A stretch of DNA of 63,384 bases, the filler included, from Actinomycetota bacterium (GTDB lineage Bacteria > Actinomycetota > CADDZG01 > JAHWKV01 > JAOPZY01), in NCBI GenBank assembly GCA_025963875.1. It is 7 parts of 7 records of this genome, joined end to end, with 100 filler letters (N's around TTAATTAATTAA, not from the genome) between each part and the next. Parts side by side here need not be neighbours in the genome. Positions count along the whole stretch, not along the records: positions 47,955 to 60,277 come from JAOPZY010000032.1; positions 60,378 to 63,384 come from JAOPZY010000154.1; 5 more parts are not named here. One strand, 5' to 3'. Shown piece after piece: positions 57,535-63,384 of the stretch. The notes under the pieces are model-generated. The model was given only the letters and a program-made list of their open reading frames with translations, had not been told where the DNA came from and ran no database searches. The number at the start of each line of letters is the position of its first letter. Position 1 is the stretch's first letter. The translations under genes were made by a program, and so were the position numbers.

Positions 57535-59451
57535 ATGCGTGGTAGCGCAACGGCGGAGCAGGATTCCACCACCGATTTGCCTCCGGAGCCCCGTGCCTGG
57601 CTTCGTCTTGGCGCCCCCTTCAGGTCCAGCAGGATCAAGGCCCAGGCCGAGGCGCTGCGCCGGAGTGAGGAACGCTTCCGCACCCTGCTGCAGCACTCGT
57701 CCGACGCGGTGGTCGTGGTGGGCCGGGACCTGCGCATCCTCTACACGACCGGTCCCGTCGAGCGGATGCTGGGGCGCTGCCCCGGGGACCTGACGGGCTC
57801 GACGTTCGCAGATCTCGTGTATCCGCTGGAGTGGCCACGGGTGAAGGCGCTTCTGACCAAGACCGTCGACGGGCCAGGCGCGACCTCGACGCAGGACATC
57901 CGCCTGCGGCGTGGCGATCGCGGGTGGCTGCGTTCCCAGACCGCAGTGGCCAATCTCCTCGACGATCCAAATGTCGGCGGGCTCGTGCTCACGATCCGGG
58001 ACATCTCGCAACGCCGGGCCCTCGAGGACCAGCTCCGCCAGATCGCCTTCCACGACGCACTGACTGGCCTACCCAACCGGGCACGCTTCCTCGACGGGGT
58101 GGGCCAGGCACTTGCGCTCGGCCGGCGCAGCCGCCAGCTGTGCGCGGTGCTGATCATCGAGATCGACGACCTCAAGCGGGTCAACAGTCTGGGACACAGC
58201 GCGGGCGACCAGCTCCTGCAGGCGGTCGCAGAGCATATCCAGCAGACCCTTGGCTCCAGTGAGAGCTTGGTGCTTGCCCGGCTCAGGGAGGACGAGTTTG
58301 CCATCCTGGCGGAGAACCTGACCGGCCCCGACGACGCCGTTGCGCTCGCCGGCCGGCTCCTCGTTGCGTTCCAAACCCCCGTCGAGATCGAAGGTCGCTC
58401 GATCCTGCCGCATGCCAACATCGGGATCGCGACCACCGTGGCTGGTGTCGAGACCTCCGACGAGCTGCTCCGCAACGCCGACGTCGCCATGTACCAGGCC
58501 AGAAGCCGGGGCAGGGGCTGCTATGAGGTCTTCAACCCGGCCATGCACGCCGCGGCCGTCCTGCGGCTCGAGCTGGAGCAGGAACTACGCCGAGCAATCG
58601 GAGGGAAAGAGTTCGTTGTCCACTACCAGCCCGTCGTCCGTCTCGGCGACGGCAGTATCTCCGGGGTCGAGGCTCTCCTCCGCTGGCAACACCCCGAGCG
58701 AGGCCTGATCGTCCCGGACGACTTCATCCCGCTGGCCGAGGAGACCGGCCTCATCATCTCCATCGGCAACTGGATGCTCAAGGAGGCGTGCCGGCATGTC
58801 GCCGAACTGCAGCGCCATCGCGGCCACGACCGCCTCCGAGTCGCGGTCAACATCTCCCCCCGGCAGTTCACGGACCCCTCCTTCGAGGAGCACGTCGCCC
58901 TGGCCCTCGACGACTCCGGCATCGACCCGACGACCCTGGTGCTCGAGATCACCGAGACGGCCCTCATGGCCGATACCCAGGACACGATCGAACGCATGGT
59001 GCGCCTGCGCCGGCTGGGTCTTTCCTTCGCCATGGACGACTTCGGCAGGGGCTACTCCTCGCTCAGCTACCTGCGTCGCTACCCCATCCAGATGCTGAAG
59101 ATCGACCGCTTGTTCATCGATGCCCTGGCCGAGGGGGCGGAGAACACGGCGCTCGTCCTCGCCATCCTGAGCCTGGCCAGTACCCTCGGCATGCAGGTGG
59201 TCGCCGAGGGCGTCGAGGAGGGCTGGCAGGCAGAGCTGCTCCAGCGCCTCGGCTGCACCATGGCACAGGGCTTCTACTTCGCCCGGCCGATGGACCGCCG
59301 GGACCTGGCTCTCATCCTTGCCGGGTCTGTCGGGGACCGGACGCTGCCGATCGCCGGCACCTCTGCTGTCGGGGGCCCGTTCAACGCCAGCGACAAACTC
59401 ATGCTCTTGAGCCCTCTGGGGCTACCCGTCGCGGGCTGCCTGCCCCACTGA
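57535..59451 (+). CDS. PAS-GGDEF(degenerate)-EAL c-di-GMP phosphodiesterase
   Basis: HDALTGLPNR with REDEF in place of GGDEF. EAL, DDFG.GYSS, KIDR, EGVE and QG are intact. Confidence 0.92.
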   Translation: MRGSATAEQDSTTDLPPEPRAWLRLGAPFRSSRIKAQAEALRRSEERFRTLLQHSSDAVVVVGRDLRILYTTGPVERMLGRCPGDLTGSTFADLVYPLEWPRVKALLTKTVDGPGATSTQDIRLRRGDRGWLRSQTAVANLLDDPNVGGLVLTIRDISQRRALEDQLRQIAFHDALTGLPNRARFLDGVGQALALGRRSRQLCAVLIIEIDDLKRVNSLGHSAGDQLLQAVAEHIQQTLGSSESLVLARLREDEFAILAENLTGPDDAVALAGRLLVAFQTPVEIEGRSILPHANIGIATTVAGVETSDELLRNADVAMYQARSRGRGCYEVFNPAMHAAAVLRLELEQELRRAIGGKEFVVHYQPVVRLGDGSISGVEALLRWQHPERGLIVPDDFIPLAEETGLIISIGNWMLKEACRHVAELQRHRGHDRLRVAVNISPRQFTDPSFEEHVALALDDSGIDPTTLVLEITETALMADTQDTIERMVRLRRLGLSFAMDDFGRGYSSLSYLRRYPIQMLKIDRLFIDALAEGAENTALVLAILSLASTLGMQVVAEGVEEGWQAELLQRLGCTMAQGFYFARPMDRRDLALILAGSVGDRTLPIAGTSAVGGPFNASDKLMLLSPLGLPVAGCLPH

Positions 59452-59492
59452 GAGGTGGCAGCCGCCCCGTCAGCGTTCTGACTTCAAAGGAC

Positions 59493-59525
59493 AAAAAACA
59501 GCGAGGGCCCGAAGGCCCTCGCTGT
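59493..59525 (-). terminator. Rho-independent terminator for the 59541-59930 gene (possibly bidirectional)
   Basis: 12-bp stem ACAGCGAGGGCC/GGCCCTCGCTGT, TTCG loop on the minus strand, followed by a T-run. Confidence 0.85.
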
Positions 59526-59540
59526 CTTCATACATGTTGA

Positions 59541-59930
59541 CTACCCGCAATTTCCGTTCTTGGAGTCCTGTGCGACGATCGTGACGTTGATGAGGCAGGA
59601 GAGAATGTTGTTGTGGCTCAGCACGTCCTTGACCGCGGTTTCAATCTCCACGGCGTTGCCGCTTGCGATCGGGATCAGAACCCAGTTGTTGTTCAGCACG
59701 TCCTTCACCGTGAGGATGTTGACGTTGTTGTCGGTAACGCTGATGGTGACCAGATGGTTGAGGGTGTTGATCTCGGTGCAGTCGACAGTGATACCGCTGA
59801 AGGCGACGTTGCACGTGGGGCTGCCGCCGCCGGTCGCGTGCGCAGCCGGCATGCTGCCAGCGAGTCCGGAAACCGTGAGAGCTGCCGTCATGCAGGTACC
59901 AACCATGAGCCGCGCGAGCTTACCCGTCAT
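59541..59930 (-). CDS. Small secreted Asn/Val/Ile-rich protein with 4 Cys (amyloid-like candidate)
   Basis: AGAGGAG SD, ATG 59930, signal peptide ending AHA, internal repeat VKDVL..NN, own terminator. Confidence 0.8.
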   Translation of the reverse strand: MTGKLARLMVGTCMTAALTVSGLAGSMPAAHATGGGSPTCNVAFSGITVDCTEINTLNHLVTISVTDNNVNILTVKDVLNNNWVLIPIASGNAVEIETAVKDVLSHNNILSCLINVTIVAQDSKNGNCG

Positions 59931-60199
59931 TTTAGAGTCTCCTCTGTAAGGTGAAGGTGGGTATTTCGATTCGTGATTGAGCGAGGACGGAATGCTGCCT
60001 TCCTTGTTGCAGCCTCCGTAGTTCGGATCGGATTTTACGGAGGCGGCCGTGGCCGCACGGAAACCCAGCATGTCTTTGTCATTTGTCCCCCCCCAGGGGA
60101 TTGTCTCGTTTTCAACGGGATCGCCCCGTTGTCTTGCCCGTCCGTCCATACCCTTAGGAGGGGTGCGTCAAAACATGCCATTAAGAGTCTTTAATCCAA

Positions 60200-60261
60200 T
60201 ACATGGGTTGGTGTAGAGATGGGCGAGCCACTACATGGGTTGGTGTAGAGATGGGCGAGCC
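60200..60261. repeat. Exact 30-bp direct repeat x2 (32-bp period)
   Basis: TACATGGGTTGGTGTAGAGATGGGCGAGCC at 60200-60229 and 60232-60261. Confidence 0.9.
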
Positions 60262-60377
60262 GATGCAGGCATGCCTCNNNNNNNNNNNNNNNNNNNNNNN
60301 NNNNNNNNNNNNNNNNNNNNNTTAATTAATTAANNNNNNNNNNNNNNNNNNNNNNNNNNNNNNNNNNNNNNNNNNNN

Positions 60378-60653
60378 CGCCACAACCGACTGGCCCACGG
60401 CGATGGCCCACACGGTGGCCAGCAGGAGGCCGATCCCGGTCGAGAACAAGATGATGGGCAGCGCGCCGGCCCGAGCTGTGGCCGGCACGTAGCCCGTGAA
60501 CGTGAGGCCGAGCGCCACCGAACCGGCCACGAAGGCCGGGAGGCCGAGGATGGTTGGGTCAGGCGCCAGCGGGCCGGCCGCCGTCTTCTCGGCTGCCAGA
60601 GCCTCCCCGGCCTTGATTGGTATCTGGGTGGTTGCTGTTTCCGATACAGCCAT
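60378..60653 (-). CDS. GPR1/FUN34/YaaH (SatP-like) acetate transporter, 3' truncated
   Basis: DPTILGLPAF resembles the family N-P-x-P-L-G-L-x-x-F motif. Hydrophobic. Confidence 0.65.
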
Positions 60654-60664
60654 CAGATTCCCCC

Positions 60665-61699
60665 CTATGCGGTAGCCGGGATCAGGATGCCCCTGCCCCG
60701 GAGCCGGCCCCCGTCGAGGTCGGCAAGTGCGTCACCAAATGCGTCCAGCGGGTAGGTCGCGGTGTGAAGGTTGACCTGTCCCCGTGCGGCCAGGACCATG
60801 AGCTCCACCAGGTCGTTGTAGGTGCCGACCAGATTGCCGATGAAGTTGATCTCGGTCGAGATGATGTCGATGGCGGGGACGTTCAGGGTCCCCCCGTAGC
60901 CGATCACGAAGTAGCTGCCAGCACGGCGGAGCATCGCGATCCCGGACTCGATTGCGCCGCCCTCGCCGACGAAGTCGAGGATGACCTCGGCTCCCAGGCC
61001 CCCGGTCAGGTCCTTGACCGCCTCGGTTTCGCTGCCGTCGGCGACCACGGTGTGGTCGGCGCCCAGCGACTCGGCCAGCTTGAGCGCCTCCGGTGAGCGG
61101 TCGACGACGATGACCTCGGCCGCGGTCAGGGCCTTGAGGGCCTGGACACCGATGTGCCCGAGACCACCGGCGCCGATCACCACGGCCCGCGTGCCGGGAT
61201 ACAGCAGAGGGATCGCCTTCTTGGCCGCGTGGTAGGCGGTCAGACCCGCGTCGGCCAGGGCTGCGACGTCGGCCGGCGCCAGCCCGTCGTCCAGGCGGAC
61301 AACCGCCCGGGCGTTCGTCTTCAGCAGCTCGGCGAATCCACCATCGGTGGAGATGCCTGGGAATGCGGAGTCGCTGCAGTGCATGTCGTTGCCGGCCCGG
61401 CAGGCATGGCAGAGGCCGCAGGTCACGAGCGGGTGGACGATGACCGCATCGCCGACGGCGACGTGGTCGACGGCGGCACCCACGGCGTCGACCCAGCCGG
61501 CGTTTTCGTGGCCGAGCGTGTACGGGAGGGTGACCCCGGACTTCTCCTTCCACTGGCCCTCGACGATGTGGAGGTCGGTGCGGCAGAGCCCGGCCCCACC
61601 GATGCGGACGATGACGTCGAGGGGATGGGTCAACTCGGGTTCGGCGACATCCTCTACTTTGGGGTTTTCGCCATAACGGTGCAGGCGGACGGCCTTCAT
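60665..61699 (-). CDS. Zn-dependent NAD(P) alcohol dehydrogenase
   Basis: GLCRTDLH, LGHENAG, CGLCHAC...C, GAGGLG. Confidence 0.95.
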   Translation of the reverse strand: MKAVRLHRYGENPKVEDVAEPELTHPLDVIVRIGGAGLCRTDLHIVEGQWKEKSGVTLPYTLGHENAGWVDAVGAAVDHVAVGDAVIVHPLVTCGLCHACRAGNDMHCSDSAFPGISTDGGFAELLKTNARAVVRLDDGLAPADVAALADAGLTAYHAAKKAIPLLYPGTRAVVIGAGGLGHIGVQALKALTAAEVIVVDRSPEALKLAESLGADHTVVADGSETEAVKDLTGGLGAEVILDFVGEGGAIESGIAMLRRAGSYFVIGYGGTLNVPAIDIISTEINFIGNLVGTYNDLVELMVLAARGQVNLHTATYPLDAFGDALADLDGGRLRGRGILIPATA

Positions 61700-62395
61700 T
61701 CAGTCCCTCCCCACTCCTTGTCCGTTCGGATAGCGGGTGGCCAGCAGCCCCCGGCAGAACCCTGCGTTGCCCTCGATGCTCACCGCGATCGTTCGCAGCC
61801 TTCGCAGGTAGGGGGTCACCCGTTCCGGCGAAACGGGTGCTCCCGTCTGGTCCGCGAGGAACGGCGCCCCGGGCGAGACGTCCATCCCGAGCTCGGCCCG
61901 GCGTTGGAGGTAGGTGTCGGTGTCGGGCCCCGGTGGCAGGTCACCCAGGCGGCGCTGGGCCAGATCGCCGGGCGTGGCGCCACCGGCGAGCAGCGTCCGG
62001 CACAGCCGGTCCTGGCGGGCGCCGAGAGCCTTGCGCCGGAAGACGTGCCGGAGCTCGTCCAGGTCCCCGTCGGCGAGGCCGGCGAAGGTGGCGTCGAAGC
62101 CCTGGTCCTCGCCGACCCCCGCGTTGATCTCGTCGGCGGCGAAGTGGTCGACGAGGTGGACCTGCACCTCGCTGACGCCCGGGACGGTACGTACAGCAGC
62201 TTGGGCGTCGTTGACCATGAGCCAGGCGAAGTTGGGGGCGCAGAAATAGGTGGGCAGGCGCAGACCCACCTCCACCCGCCCATCCGCCACGGTGACGCCG
62301 GCGACGAAGCCCAGGTCGGTGACCGACTCGTCGAGCTCCGGATCCCGCACCCCGGCCAGGGCAGCCATGACCGCGCCGGTCAGCCCGGCTGTCAC
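61700..62395 (-). CDS. DUF59/FeS-assembly-type metal-sulfur cluster protein
   Basis: VRDPELDESVTDLGFV, LRLPTYFCAPNF, C-terminal N.GFCRGLL.TRY. Confidence 0.88.
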   Translation of the reverse strand: MTAGLTGAVMAALAGVRDPELDESVTDLGFVAGVTVADGRVEVGLRLPTYFCAPNFAWLMVNDAQAAVRTVPGVSEVQVHLVDHFAADEINAGVGEDQGFDATFAGLADGDLDELRHVFRRKALGARQDRLCRTLLAGGATPGDLAQRRLGDLPPGPDTDTYLQRRAELGMDVSPGAPFLADQTGAPVSPERVTPYLRRLRTIAVSIEGNAGFCRGLLATRYPNGQGVGRD

Positions 62396-63384
62396 GGTAC
62401 GGGGGCCACCTCCGGCCTCTCGGACACCTCCAGGCCGGGGTGGGCGTCGCTGCTGACCGAGACCGGAGCCGGCACGTCAAGGTTGTAGAGCCGGGCCGCG
62501 TTGAGGCCGAGGATCTTGCGCTTGGTGTCGGGCGTGAGTTGGCCGTACTCGCTCACCATGTCCTCCGGGATGGCGAAGTCCACGAACTGCTCCACCAGCC
62601 ACTTCGGGTGCCAGATGGCGTAGTCGCTCGCCCACAGGAGGCGGTCCTCCCCCAACCAGTAGAGAAGCTCGCCGAGCACCTGGGCGAAATACCGCGGCCG
62701 GGTGAAGATGAACGGCATGGCCACGGCCAGACCGCCGTAGACGTTGGGCTCCTGGACCCCGATCCAGCAGAAGTCCTCGAGGCGGGGTAGCCCGCAGTGC
62801 TCGACGATGAAGTTGAGCTCCGGGAAGTTGGTGGCGGCGTCGTCGATGTCGGCCACGTCGAACGCGTCCCGGTTGAGTGGCCAGATGGTCGGGCCCTTGT
62901 GGACGTGGATGTTGCGCACGCCGAGCTCGGCGCACTTCTCCAGGTAGCGGCGGGCCCAGGGGTCGGAAAGCTTGTAGCCCCGGGAGGCCCCCTTCCACTC
63001 GGCGGTGTACAGCTTCACTCCCTTGAGCCCCCACCGTTCCACCAGCCTCTCGAACGCTTCCAGGCCCGGCTCGCCCAGCCGGGGATCGAAGGCGCCGTTC
63101 ACCACGAACTTGCCCGGGTGCTTCTCGGCGATGGCCCCGTCGTCCTCGGTGGTGTTGAAACCCTTCTTGTAGAAGTCCGTGAGGTACGTCGGCTGGAAGA
63201 TCCCCACGTCCACGTAGCCGTCCTCGAACACGTCCGTCATCAGGTCCTGCTCGGTGTACTTCTCGAACTTGTCGAGGGGCCAGACCCATTCGGGCGGGCT
63301 CAGGTTCCGGTGGTAGTCGTAGAAGCACTCGATGAAGCCCTTGCCGTACTTGTTGGCCTGGTTCTCCGGGCTGCCGTCCCAGAA
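62392..63384 (-). CDS. Amidohydrolase_2 family protein (5' truncated)
   Basis: GVKLYTAEW, HVHKGP, VEHCGLPR, SDYAIW, KILGLNAARLY. Frame open to the window end. Confidence 0.92.
   Translation of the reverse strand, partial: FWDGSPENQANKYGKGFIECFYDYHRNLSPPEWVWPLDKFEKYTEQDLMTDVFEDGYVDVGIFQPTYLTDFYKKGFNTTEDDGAIAEKHPGKFVVNGAFDPRLGEPGLEAFERLVERWGLKGVKLYTAEWKGASRGYKLSDPWARRYLEKCAELGVRNIHVHKGPTIWPLNRDAFDVADIDDAATNFPELNFIVEHCGLPRLEDFCWIGVQEPNVYGGLAVAMPFIFTRPRYFAQVLGELLYWLGEDRLLWASDYAIWHPKWLVEQFVDFAIPEDMVSEYGQLTPDTKRKILGLNAARLYNLDVPAPVSVSSDAHPGLEVSERPEVAPVP

Noticed and set aside
60100..60145. Possible c-di-GMP-I riboswitch (GGGCAAG + hairpin on the minus strand)
   Set aside because: Lacks the GACGCAAA junction and the second conserved stem, and the loop is not a clean GNRA.
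60200..60261. 30-bp direct repeat as a CRISPR remnant
   Set aside because: Only two copies separated by 2 nt, with no spacer.

Overview
The window joins seven contigs (1-13277, 13378-22441, 22542-29897, 29998-38646, 38747-47854, 47955-60277, 60378-63384) with N-padded TTAATTAATTAA linkers, so adjacency across gaps is not biological. High GC and gene content point to an Actinomycetota genome or bin. Contents: (1) the rsmE-phoH-ybeY-corC-era-deoC locus, interrupted by a BldD-like regulator and a glycolipid/glycan operon; (2) trpD, a metallophosphoesterase/MprF-type fusion, a sepH-like gene and small genes; (3) a hybrid histidine kinase and an S8 protease; (4) the conserved pgsA-gcvH-FHA-MerR-DUF151-MerR-gcvT cluster; (5) accessory genes (RCC1 repeat protein, LigD polymerase domain, TPR/NicO cluster); (6) SF1 and XPB helicases, an EAL phosphodiesterase and a small amyloid-like secreted protein; (7) genes that typically follow propane monooxygenases. 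The most striking observation is a small membrane-anchored protein (17947-18351) made of a stand-alone BldD C-terminal (c-di-GMP-binding-type) domain with no DNA-binding domain. It aligns by eye with the full BldD-like protein on contig 1 and is a candidate BldD/c-di-GMP sequestration module. Also notable are a nuclease-like gene with an apparent ATC start, a dispersed REP-like palindrome and several unusual enzyme fusions. All assignments come from motif recognition by eye; no database searches were run.
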